Of a stretch of DNA of 64,000 bases, positions 56,686-64,000 are shown piece by piece (position 1 is the stretch's first letter; each line of letters opens with the position of its first letter). The DNA is from Minisyncoccota bacterium (GTDB lineage: Bacteria > Patescibacteriota > Minisyncoccia > Phycocordibacterales > JBAYLF01), in NCBI GenBank assembly GCA_041664205.1, contig JBAYLF010000004.1, forward strand, positions 12,297 to 76,296, in the 5' to 3' direction. Below the pieces are notes generated by a model that saw only the letters and a list, made by a program, of their open reading frames with translations, was not told the DNA's origin and made no database searches. The position numbers and the translations under genes were made by a program.

Positions 56686-57051
56686 TTATTGATAGGTTTT
56701 GGAACTTGGAGCCTCTCCGAGAGTGCGCTTCGTTATAAATTTTGGTTTTGAAATTGCTTTAAAACCCATCTCGCTTGCTAGAGCAAGATTTACACCATCT
56801 TTTACTTTAAAATATTCTGATTCTAAAACATTAACTTTTGAGGTTGAAATGGATAGATCGTTTGATAAGCGCTTTATTTGAACAGTGTTCAAAACTGCAT
56901 TCTGAACAAGGTATACATAAACGCATAAAAGTAGAGACAAGCACAAAATAACAACCCAAACGAATGGTTTGACCAACTCTTCATTTGTTATTGCTTTTGT
57001 AATATATCTCATATGTTTTTTATTATTTTTGAATAATCCTAAGCTTTGCAC
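56686..57051 (-). CDS. ftsL: cell division protein FtsL-like (small bitopic coiled-coil protein)
   Basis: Single TM helix and short periplasmic coiled coil. Sits between rsmH and ftsI. The true start is probably the Met at 57012. Confidence 0.6.
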   Translation of the reverse strand: MQSLGLFKNNKKHMRYITKAITNEELVKPFVWVVILCLSLLLCVYVYLVQNAVLNTVQIKRLSNDLSISTSKVNVLESEYFKVKDGVNLALASEMGFKAISKPKFITKRTLGEAPSSKTYQ

Positions 57052-57913
57052 TTCTCGATCTTGGATTATTTCTTAATTCTTCTTCGCTTGGAACTATTGG
57101 CTTTTTCGTGATTATTGTTGCTTCGCCGTTATCCTTAAGCTCCCTAAAATAATTTTTCACTATTCTGTCTTCTAGGCTATGAAAGGCAATAACTGCGATC
57201 CTTCCGCCTTTTGATAATCTTTCAAATACTTTCCTCAATCCTTCTTTTAGCGATTCCGTCTCGCCATTAACTGCTATTCTTAATGCTTGGAAAGTTTTTG
57301 TCGCGCAATTGATCCTTCCATTTCGGTAAAATCCCGGCACTGCGCTTTCTATGATCCGAACTAAATGAAATGTTGTTTCTATCGGTTCAATTTTTCTTTG
57401 CTCCACTATCGCTCTCGCGATCCTTAAAGCAAATCTTTCATCTCCGTAACCGTAGATTATATCTGCGATATTTTGTTCCTCCCATTCATTAACTATTTCT
57501 CTGGCGGTAATATCTGATTCGCCTGGGTCTGTTTTAAATGTCATTAGCAACGGTTCATCTTTTTGAAAACTGAATCCCCTTTTGCTTTCTTCGAGCTGAT
57601 TTGAGCTTAAGCCGAGATCGAATACAACTTTGTCTACCGTGTCTATTTTTAATTCATCTAAAACTTTATCTACATTTCTAAAATTTTCTTCCTTAAGAAC
57701 AAAATCTGCATCAAGAGATTCTAAAAGTTCTTTTGCCTTCAGAAGAGCGTTATGATCTTGGTCAATACCAATTATCTTTATTCCGCTTCCAAATTCTCTT
57801 GCCACTTTAGACGAATGCCCTCCTCCATTGATCGTGCAATCAAGAAAGATGTCGCCTTCATTTAGCTCTAACCCCTCTATGACTTCATTTAAAAGAACTG
57901 TGATGTGCTGCAT
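57023..57913 (-). CDS. rsmH: 16S rRNA (cytosine1402-N4)-methyltransferase RsmH (MraW)
   Basis: LLNEV...DCTINGGGHS motif. SAM-methyltransferase fold. Confidence 0.9.
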   Translation of the reverse strand: MQHITVLLNEVIEGLELNEGDIFLDCTINGGGHSSKVAREFGSGIKIIGIDQDHNALLKAKELLESLDADFVLKEENFRNVDKVLDELKIDTVDKVVFDLGLSSNQLEESKRGFSFQKDEPLLMTFKTDPGESDITAREIVNEWEEQNIADIIYGYGDERFALRIARAIVEQRKIEPIETTFHLVRIIESAVPGFYRNGRINCATKTFQALRIAVNGETESLKEGLRKVFERLSKGGRIAVIAFHSLEDRIVKNYFRELKDNGEATIITKKPIVPSEEELRNNPRSRSAKLRIIQK

Positions 57914-57916
57914 AAA

Positions 57917-58351
57917 TTAAATCGCTCCGATTTCTCCTAATTTTTCCGCAAGCTGATTTGCTTCGTTCTGCATTTTCTTTTTGTATTCTTCCCATTTATC
58001 TTCATTCCATATTTCTACTCGATTGAAAACGCCCGCAAAAACAACTTTCGATCCGAGGGTTGCGAAATTTTTTAGAAAATCTGGTATTAGTATTCGGCCC
58101 ATTGTATCAACATCGATCTCTACTGCGCCTGCGAGAATAAATCGGTTGAATCCTCTGCGATCAGCCTGACCCATTCCCAACTCTCCTAATTTTTCCGAGA
58201 TCTTTTTCCATTCCGGAAGAGAGTAGAGGAAAAGACAATTATCCAAACCGTGTGTGATAACGATCTTTTTTCCTACCTCCTTACGAAACTTGACCGGCAA
58301 TGATATCCGATTTTTTTCATCAACTGTGTGTTTGTATTCACCGATAAGCAT
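57917..58351 (-). CDS. mraZ: transcriptional regulator MraZ
   Basis: Duplicated MraZ domains with DxxxR motifs (VDEKNRISLP...). Confidence 0.9.
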   Translation of the reverse strand: MLIGEYKHTVDEKNRISLPVKFRKEVGKKIVITHGLDNCLFLYSLPEWKKISEKLGELGMGQADRRGFNRFILAGAVEIDVDTMGRILIPDFLKNFATLGSKVVFAGVFNRVEIWNEDKWEEYKKKMQNEANQLAEKLGEIGAI

Positions 58352-58427
58352 AATATTTAAGAAAAATTGGTAATTAAGTCTAAAAAACTAAACTGAATCG
58401 GCCAAATCACTAGTTTTATTTAATTTT

Positions 58428-58473
58428 CCACTTCATCCCACTTAGTTCCATTTTACACCACCTGTTACCATTT
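58428..58473 (-). promoter_or_regulatory. candidate MraZ operator: about 10-nt spaced (A/G)TGG repeats upstream of mraZ
   Basis: The - strand reads aaATGGtaacaGGTGGtgtaaaATGGaactaAGTGGgatgaAGTGGaaa. Confidence 0.4.
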
Positions 58474-58477
58474 CGCC

Positions 58478-58828
58478 ATGCAAAATGTGTGGATAACTAG
58501 AGGTTTTTTAGTTGAAATACTTGATAAAATGGTTGACAAATATACGTATTTCGTGTTATCTTACTTCGAGACGAATCTGATAAGGTGTTGGGTTCAAAAA
58601 CTGTTAAAATCTGAAATAAAAAGGCCATATATGACAGCAAAGAGAGTTTCGATAAAAAAAGAAGGCAATAGGCTCGTATTTAAAATTAATACGAAGAGAA
58701 CGCATCTGGTATTACTGGGTGGTCTGCCGGGCCAAATATTTGGAAGTGAAGGCTGTATTCCTGATATCGTAGAAAAAGGCAGTGTTTACAGCTTTGGAAT
58801 AAGGCTCAAACATAAAGCACGCAAATAG
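58478..58828 (+). CDS. hypothetical protein (true start may be the Met at 58631)
   Basis: ORF followed by a clear terminator. The N-terminal part overlaps the mraZ promoter region, so the longer form is doubtful. Confidence 0.35.
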   Translation: MQNVWITRGFLVEILDKMVDKYTYFVLSYFETNLIRCWVQKLLKSEIKRPYMTAKRVSIKKEGNRLVFKINTKRTHLVLLGGLPGQIFGSEGCIPDIVEKGSVYSFGIRLKHKARK

Positions 58829-58847
58829 CAGACGACAGCGACAAATC

Positions 58848-58883
58848 AAGCCCTCGGTGTTTTAAACATCGAGGGCTTTTCTT
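58848..58883 (+). terminator. rho-independent terminator
   Basis: aagccctcg-gtgttttaaacat-cgagggctttt. Confidence 0.75.
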
Positions 58884-58920
58884 ATATATAGTTAATTGAC
58901 AATCATTATTATTTTAAGTA

Positions 58921-59175
58921 TTGTATGCCAAGATAAATATGGACACACAAACAGTATTGTCACTTATTTTTTATGGGGTTTTGTTTACACTTTGTTTTAC
59001 AAACTCCCTTACGGTTCAGTTACTAAATTCTGAAAATATTGAAAACAAATTATTCAAAGCTATTGCAGTTATGGTTATTTTAATTTTAATAGGAATATTC
59101 TTTTGCTTACTAGGAGATATATTTAACCTGATTGGAAAATTCCTATTAGCACCGATCTTTTACTGTTTTAAATAA
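58921..59175 (+). CDS. small hypothetical membrane protein
   Basis: 84 aa with two or three TM helices. Confidence 0.45.
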   Translation: MYAKINMDTQTVLSLIFYGVLFTLCFTNSLTVQLLNSENIENKLFKAIAVMVILILIGIFFCLLGDIFNLIGKFLLAPIFYCFK

Positions 59176-59181
59176 CAATTT

Positions 59182-59222
59182 AAATTCCCCGCACTTATTA
59201 CAAGCGCGGGGAATTTTTTTTA
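59182..59222. terminator. bidirectional rho-independent terminator
   Basis: aaattccccgc-acttattacaa-gcgcggggaattttttttt. Confidence 0.8.
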
Positions 59223-59229
59223 AATTATA

Positions 59230-60216
59230 TTAGTATGCAGTTGTGCGAAAAACCGGCTGAAAAAGTTCGGTTCTATGTTTGCAAACTTTTAAAAAAATGC
59301 ATTTCGAACAATCCGGATAATCCATCTCAGGACAATATCTGCGAGAATTCCACATTTTCTCATCCACAAAAGACATTGGACGTCCTGATAATTTAATAAT
59401 GCGTCTCATAGCACGATCAACAGCCTTACGAATATTTTGTTCAACTCTAGAACTTACCCATCGTCTATTTCTGTTTTTTCCGTATTCATCATCATTTAGA
59501 TCCACAAGACCTAAACGTAATGCTGTGCGCATTAGATGATAATCGATAATCGGCTCCCAATTATAATCATCTTTTACTACAAGAAATTTCTCCGGACGAT
59601 TTGCTAGAACCATCGCTAAAAGCAACATCTTCTTACAAAATTTATCTTCATTGAATCCGTTTTCTCCTTGAAGTCCCCACATCTGTGCAAGAAAATATCC
59701 TAGTGGTTCTTTTTTCTTATTAGATTCTTTAATGACCTTTAAGGGACTTGTTCTATTTCTAATAAAATACTTCCCATACATTCTGGTTATCCTTAATCTT
59801 TCCCATAGATCTGGAAAAGGTATCAAACCCTCATCATCTGTAAAAATTTTAAATAATTCTTCGGGTTTAATTTTAGCAAGATGACGATGTCCAAAAACCA
59901 AAGGATCTTTATCGAATGCTTTTTTGCACACTTTCCATAAAAGATCCGAGCCCTTACAACTATTACCATCAATTGTGCCAACAAGAGGTTTTACATAACC
60001 AGATTCATCTCCGTGCCAAAAACCAAATTGATGAAGACAGACAAAAAAGAAGAAATTTATTGCTTCAGGATGATTAAGTGGCGGATACATATCAGAAGCA
60101 ATGATCAAAAGATCTTTGTTTTTAAAACTGTAAAAATTTAATCCAGATCCACTATCTGGCAGCTGTTTTATAAAAGCTGCGACTTTTTCGATTTGTTCTT
60201 TGTTTATTTTTGCCAT
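59230..60216 (-). CDS. hypothetical protein with C-terminal Cys cluster
   Basis: 328 aa. C-terminal CPEMDYPDCSKCIFLKVC. No confident family. Speculatively a queuosine-salvage or DNA-glycosylase-like protein. Confidence 0.45.
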   Translation of the reverse strand: MAKINKEQIEKVAAFIKQLPDSGSGLNFYSFKNKDLLIIASDMYPPLNHPEAINFFFFVCLHQFGFWHGDESGYVKPLVGTIDGNSCKGSDLLWKVCKKAFDKDPLVFGHRHLAKIKPEELFKIFTDDEGLIPFPDLWERLRITRMYGKYFIRNRTSPLKVIKESNKKKEPLGYFLAQMWGLQGENGFNEDKFCKKMLLLAMVLANRPEKFLVVKDDYNWEPIIDYHLMRTALRLGLVDLNDDEYGKNRNRRWVSSRVEQNIRKAVDRAMRRIIKLSGRPMSFVDEKMWNSRRYCPEMDYPDCSKCIFLKVCKHRTELFQPVFRTTAY

Positions 60217-60276
60217 ACTATATTTTCCTTTCGATGTTCTGAACTGAATGCAGTTTATATTAAAATCTTAATCAAT

Positions 60277-60310
60277 GCAAAAACCCGCGCTTTTAAGCGC
60301 AGGTTTTTGT
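60277..60310 (-). terminator. rho-independent terminator after lysS
   Basis: On the - strand, cctgcgcttaaaagcgcggg followed by tttttg. Confidence 0.5.
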
Positions 60311-60311
60311 T

Positions 60312-61799
60312 TTATATTTCTTCTTTTTTGTCAGTTTCTTTTTTAGGCTTAAGTGTTGGGAAAAGAATGACTTCGCGAATATTTTTTGTGTTAGTTAAAA
60401 ACATAACTAGACGGTCAATGCCTATTCCTACCCCACCTGCTGGTGGCATACCGTATTCAAGTGCCTCAATAAATTCTTCATCACTAGATTGCGCTTCCTT
60501 ATCTCCCGCTTCTTTGTTTTTATCCTGAATTTTAAATCTTTCTTGCTGGTCTATTGGATCGTTCAATTCAGAAAATGCTTTTAGAAGTTCGATACCATTA
60601 ATAATGAGCTGAAAAGCATCTACTATCTTTGGATCTTTTTCATCTCTTTTGGCAAGTGGTAAATATTCGGCAGGATACTTAACAATAAATGTTGGCTGAA
60701 TAAGTTTTGGTCGGCAGATCTTTTTGAAAATATTATCTAGTATCTTTGCGACAGTGTCACCTTCATCTACTTTTACGCCAAATTGTTGCGCTTTAAGTTT
60801 TAGATCATCTAAACCAATATTTTCTGGATTAGAAATAAGTGCGTAACGACGCAAAACATCAAAATATGAAACAACATTAAATTTCTTTGAAAATTCTATT
60901 TTTTCTCCGCCTGTTGAAACAATTTCTTCTGGTATTTTTTTAACAAGAGCTTTTATAAGTTTTTCGGTAAAAGCCATTTGCTTTGAAGCAGATGAAAAAC
61001 TCTCGTAAAATTCAAGCATTGTAAATTCAGGGTTATGAGTTACATCAATTCCTTCGTTTCTAAAATTCCTACCTATCTCAAAAACTTTAGGAAAACCTGC
61101 GATTAAAAGTTTCTTTAAACAAAGTTCTGGGGCAATACGTAAATAAATATCGGCATCGAGTGCATTGTGATGTGTCTTGAAAGGTAAAGCACTTGCTCCA
61201 CCTGCAAGATACTGAAGCATTGGAGTCTCAACTTCAACATAACCGCTTTTTTCTAAAAAGCTTCTAATTTCTGAAATAATTTTTGAACGCAAAATAAATC
61301 TTTTTTTAATCTCTTCATTCATTAAGATATCGAGATATCTATGTCGAAATCTTTCTTCGACATCTTGAAGACCGTGCCATTTTTCTGGGAGAGGACGGAG
61401 GCTTTTTGAAAGCATTTTCCAACCTATAACCTCTAATGTTTTTTCATTGCGTTTAGTTAAAAATACACTTCCGCTTATCTCAACAAAATCACCAATATCA
61501 ACAGTGTTCAAAAAAAGATCGAATGATTCATCTTTTATAATGTCTTTTTTAATAAGACCTTGAAATTTTGCCGTTCCGTCGTAAACATTGAAAAATATCA
61601 ATCCTCCTTGCGGTCGAAGGGACATAACTCGTCCACCAATAGTAATAGGCTTCTTTTTCGAGAGAAGATCATCAAATTTTTCTACAGTTTCTTCAATAGT
61701 GTGATCAATTTCGGATAAGATAGGATAAGGATTAATACCACTTTCCTTTAGAAGCTCTGATTTTTTAATTCTAACATTTCGTATATCTTCTAAAGACAT
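60312..61799 (-). CDS. lysS: lysine--tRNA ligase (class II)
   Basis: N-terminal OB fold. Class II motifs. FRNEG and GMPPAGGVGIGIDRLVM. Confidence 0.9.
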   Translation of the reverse strand: MSLEDIRNVRIKKSELLKESGINPYPILSEIDHTIEETVEKFDDLLSKKKPITIGGRVMSLRPQGGLIFFNVYDGTAKFQGLIKKDIIKDESFDLFLNTVDIGDFVEISGSVFLTKRNEKTLEVIGWKMLSKSLRPLPEKWHGLQDVEERFRHRYLDILMNEEIKKRFILRSKIISEIRSFLEKSGYVEVETPMLQYLAGGASALPFKTHHNALDADIYLRIAPELCLKKLLIAGFPKVFEIGRNFRNEGIDVTHNPEFTMLEFYESFSSASKQMAFTEKLIKALVKKIPEEIVSTGGEKIEFSKKFNVVSYFDVLRRYALISNPENIGLDDLKLKAQQFGVKVDEGDTVAKILDNIFKKICRPKLIQPTFIVKYPAEYLPLAKRDEKDPKIVDAFQLIINGIELLKAFSELNDPIDQQERFKIQDKNKEAGDKEAQSSDEEFIEALEYGMPPAGGVGIGIDRLVMFLTNTKNIREVILFPTLKPKKETDKKEEI

Positions 61800-61876
61800 T
61801 TGATATTTTTAAGACCTTATATTAATAATAATTGCCCACCTATATAGATAGGATAAAACACCTGGAATTTATTAAA

Positions 61877-62350
61877 TTACTCGATATCGATAATTTTATA
61901 TTTAGCTTCGCCTTTTGGAGTTTTGAATGCAACAACATCACCTTTTTTCTTCCCCATAATTGCCAATCCCAAAGGAGAGTGATTTGAAACTTTTCCATTA
62001 GCCATATCTGCTTCTTCAGAACCAACTATGCTGTATTTTCTCGTATCTCTTTCACCATCTTTTTGAACAACTACTACTGATCCAATACTTGCCACATCAC
62101 TGTGATGTGGAGACACAATAACAGCGTTTTTTAATATGCTTTCAACTTTAGCTATTCTCTCTTCTATGTTAGCCTGCATTTCTCGAGCTTCCTGATATTC
62201 TGCATTTTCTGATAGATCGCCTAATGCCTTTGCAGACTCAAGACTCTCAGCTATTTCCTTTCGGCGAGTCTTTTTCAAATAATCTAACTCCTTAGAAAAT
62301 TCATTAAATTTTTCTTTTGTTAAATACTCCTTGTCTTGTTCTTGATCCAT
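61877..62350 (-). CDS. greA: transcription elongation factor GreA
   Basis: N-terminal coiled coil with DLSENAEY. C-terminal FKBP-like domain. Confidence 0.9.
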   Translation of the reverse strand: MDQEQDKEYLTKEKFNEFSKELDYLKKTRRKEIAESLESAKALGDLSENAEYQEAREMQANIEERIAKVESILKNAVIVSPHHSDVASIGSVVVVQKDGERDTRKYSIVGSEEADMANGKVSNHSPLGLAIMGKKKGDVVAFKTPKGEAKYKIIDIE

Positions 62351-62474
62351 ATTATTAATTTAAGCAGACTTGTTGTTTAATAAAATTTTGGCAACAAATC
62401 TTTTGGTAAAATTGTTTACGAACTAATACTACTAAAACATCATGAAAAGTAAAGGATGCAACAGTGGATATATT

Positions 62475-64000
62475 TTAATCAGACTTTGTGTATTCCTTTG
62501 CATTTTTTACCATCCATGTCAGCATCTGATTCATTACATAAGGAGCACCTATTAGATTTGTTTTCGGTCCGCGTTCCATTACTATTGCAAAAGCCCATTC
62601 CGGCTTTTCGTAAGGGAAAAAACCAGTTACCCAAGAATTAACGAAATCCTTTTTCGCACCTAATTCAGCAGTTCCAGTTTTTGCTGCCACATTCACACCA
62701 GGCACATTTAAAGCTTGTGCAGTTCCTCCGGGCATCACTCCTTTTCTCATTCCCTCTCTCACTACTTCAAAATCACTGAGTGGAATATCTACAGTTTTCT
62801 CATTCAGAATAAAATATTCCTGTTTGGTAAGAATCGGATCTAGTAATTTTCCACCATTCGCAATAGCTGCAACAGCTCTAACCATCTGAGCAGGTGTTAC
62901 TTGAAAACCATACTGTCCTATCGCTGTAAGATAAGTATCTCCAACACGCCACGGTTCATTTTGAAAATTTTCCAATTTCCATTCAGGTGTAGGAATAGTT
63001 CCTTTAGGCCCATTAAAAAAACCTTTGACTTCCTCCCCCATTCCAAACATTCTTATATACTTATCAATATTATAAATTCCTAATCCTTTTTGATCTTGAA
63101 AACCACCTCCAATCTCATAAAAATATACGTCTGAAGAAACAGCTATCGCTTGGCGCATATCAACCCAACCATGAGCTTTCCAATCTCTAAAAACTGATGG
63201 CTTACTTTTATCATAAAGGTTCGGAATACTTATTGAGCCTGTGCTTAATATTTTCTTTTCTGGAGTTATAATGCCTTCTTTAAGAGCGCCGAGAGCCACA
63301 TATGGTTTTACTATTGATCCTGGAGTGTATAAACCAGAAGATACTCGATTCAGGAAAGGGTTATTTTTATTTTTTAGATAAGCATTTATTTCTTTACTAT
63401 CGCTTCCATCAGATAAAACGTTTGAATTATATTCAGGGAAAGTAGTAATGGCAAGAACTTCTCCCGTCTTAATATTCATTATTATTCCTGCACCACCTTG
63501 AAATGAAACCTTGCGAGCTGTTTCAGAAATAATTTCATACAATTTATTTTGAACATTCGAATCAATTGTTAATGTGAGAGTTTGACCTTCTTGAGGCGGT
63601 TCTATCTTATATGAAGATTGAATATTGCCTAAAGCGTCAGTTTCTATAACCTGGACACCATTTTTCCCAGTAAGAGAGGAGTTATAGAACTTCTCTACTC
63701 CGTCTTTTCCATCATAAGATTCATTCCAATAAATGCCGGCATTATCTTTAGTTGGATACTTAACATAACCCAAAAGGTTTGCGAATCCGTTCAAATCTAT
63801 ATATTTTCTCAAAGAATAATTTTCATCTTCAGGATTTACAGTATTCCACACCAAAGGAACATTATTACGATCATTAATAACTCCCCTTTCTGAAAATATA
63901 AGACTATTTTTTAATCTGTTATTTTCACTCTTTTTTACATACATCTCACCATCTCTAACTTGCAATATCCAAACTTTGGAAAAAACTACAAAAAGGATGA
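62475..64000 (-). CDS. mrdA: penicillin-binding protein 2-like transpeptidase, 5' end beyond the window
   Basis: SIVKP (SxxK), SSD and KTGTAE motifs. The first Met in the window is mid-domain, so the gene probably starts beyond position 64000. Confidence 0.7.
   Translation of the reverse strand, partial: ILFVVFSKVWILQVRDGEMYVKKSENNRLKNSLIFSERGVINDRNNVPLVWNTVNPEDENYSLRKYIDLNGFANLLGYVKYPTKDNAGIYWNESYDGKDGVEKFYNSSLTGKNGVQVIETDALGNIQSSYKIEPPQEGQTLTLTIDSNVQNKLYEIISETARKVSFQGGAGIIMNIKTGEVLAITTFPEYNSNVLSDGSDSKEINAYLKNKNNPFLNRVSSGLYTPGSIVKPYVALGALKEGIITPEKKILSTGSISIPNLYDKSKPSVFRDWKAHGWVDMRQAIAVSSDVYFYEIGGGFQDQKGLGIYNIDKYIRMFGMGEEVKGFFNGPKGTIPTPEWKLENFQNEPWRVGDTYLTAIGQYGFQVTPAQMVRAVAAIANGGKLLDPILTKQEYFILNEKTVDIPLSDFEVVREGMRKGVMPGGTAQALNVPGVNVAAKTGTAELGAKKDFVNSWVTGFFPYEKPEWAFAIVMERGPKTNLIGAPYVMNQMLTWMVKNAKEYTKSD

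Noticed and set aside
56686-57051. Full 121-aa FtsL ORF overlapping rsmH by 29 nt
   Set aside because: The long form is probably an over-extension. The internal Met at 57012 gives a conventional FtsL size and a 4-nt overlap or adjacency typical of dcw genes
62475-63965. Start codon of the PBP2-like gene at 63965
   Set aside because: The sequence at this Met is mid-way through the PBP N-terminal domain, with no TM anchor. The gene almost certainly starts beyond the window end, so it is annotated as partial
1-64000. rRNA genes, CRISPR arrays, IS elements or transposases, integrases
   Set aside because: Scanned both strands. No rRNA-like conserved blocks, no regularly spaced short direct repeats, and no DDE or tyrosine-recombinase-like ORFs recognised

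Overview
This window is a low-GC (about one-third G+C by eye), gene-dense bacterial chromosome segment. Its overall character fits a small-genome, Patescibacteria/CPR-like organism: compact ribosomal proteins, an archaeal-type AspRS, an AlaRS lacking the C-terminal domain, type IV pilin, and few Shine-Dalgarno sites. That assignment is inference only.

Recognisable housekeeping content:
- A ribosomal/RNA polymerase cluster on the + strand: infA-rpmJ-rpsM-rpsK-rpsD-rpoA-rplQ-rplM-rpsI.
- Two separated pieces of the division/cell-wall (dcw) cluster on the - strand: mraZ-rsmH-ftsL-ftsI-murF at 58351 down to 53559, and mraY-ftsW-murG at 31516 down to 28130.
- A grpE-dnaK-dnaJ operon, dnaB-recR, scpA-scpB, and five aminoacyl-tRNA synthetases (alaS, gltX, aspS, trpS, lysS).
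- Several DNA-repair genes: udg, mpg, a Nudix hydrolase, rmuC and pcm.
- One tRNA-Glu. No rRNA, no CRISPR array and no transposase were seen.

Features that stand out, all of them inferences to be tested:
1. An orphan two-gene nuclease module at 4949-6691: an ATP-cone fused to an Mrr-like PD-(D/E)xK nuclease, next to a Cas4-like Fe-S PD-(D/E)xK nuclease. It is preceded by an elaborate roughly 165-nt nested-palindrome element. This is the strongest candidate for an undescribed defense or nucleotide-sensing system in the window.
2. A tRNA-Glu carrying a GC-rich structured 3' extension of about 175 nt that ends in a C9 tract and has its own terminator. Downstream are an orphan ORF with a strong promoter and a perfect 26-bp inverted repeat, and the locus sits where the dcw cluster is broken.
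3. A type IV pilin operon led by a large secreted protein with NTAxG-type repeats, a candidate pilus-associated adhesin.
4. A secreted protein with tandem Cys-rich repeats, followed by an unusually long (about 770 bp) AT-rich non-coding stretch and a calcineurin-like phosphoesterase with a novel N-terminus.
5. A small GC-rich palindromic repeat family with two copies.
6. A duplicated 45-bp terminator flanking a small ORF.
7. A GC-rich, compositionally foreign gene at the 5' edge of the window.

Many short overlapping ORFs in the six-frame track are judged spurious.
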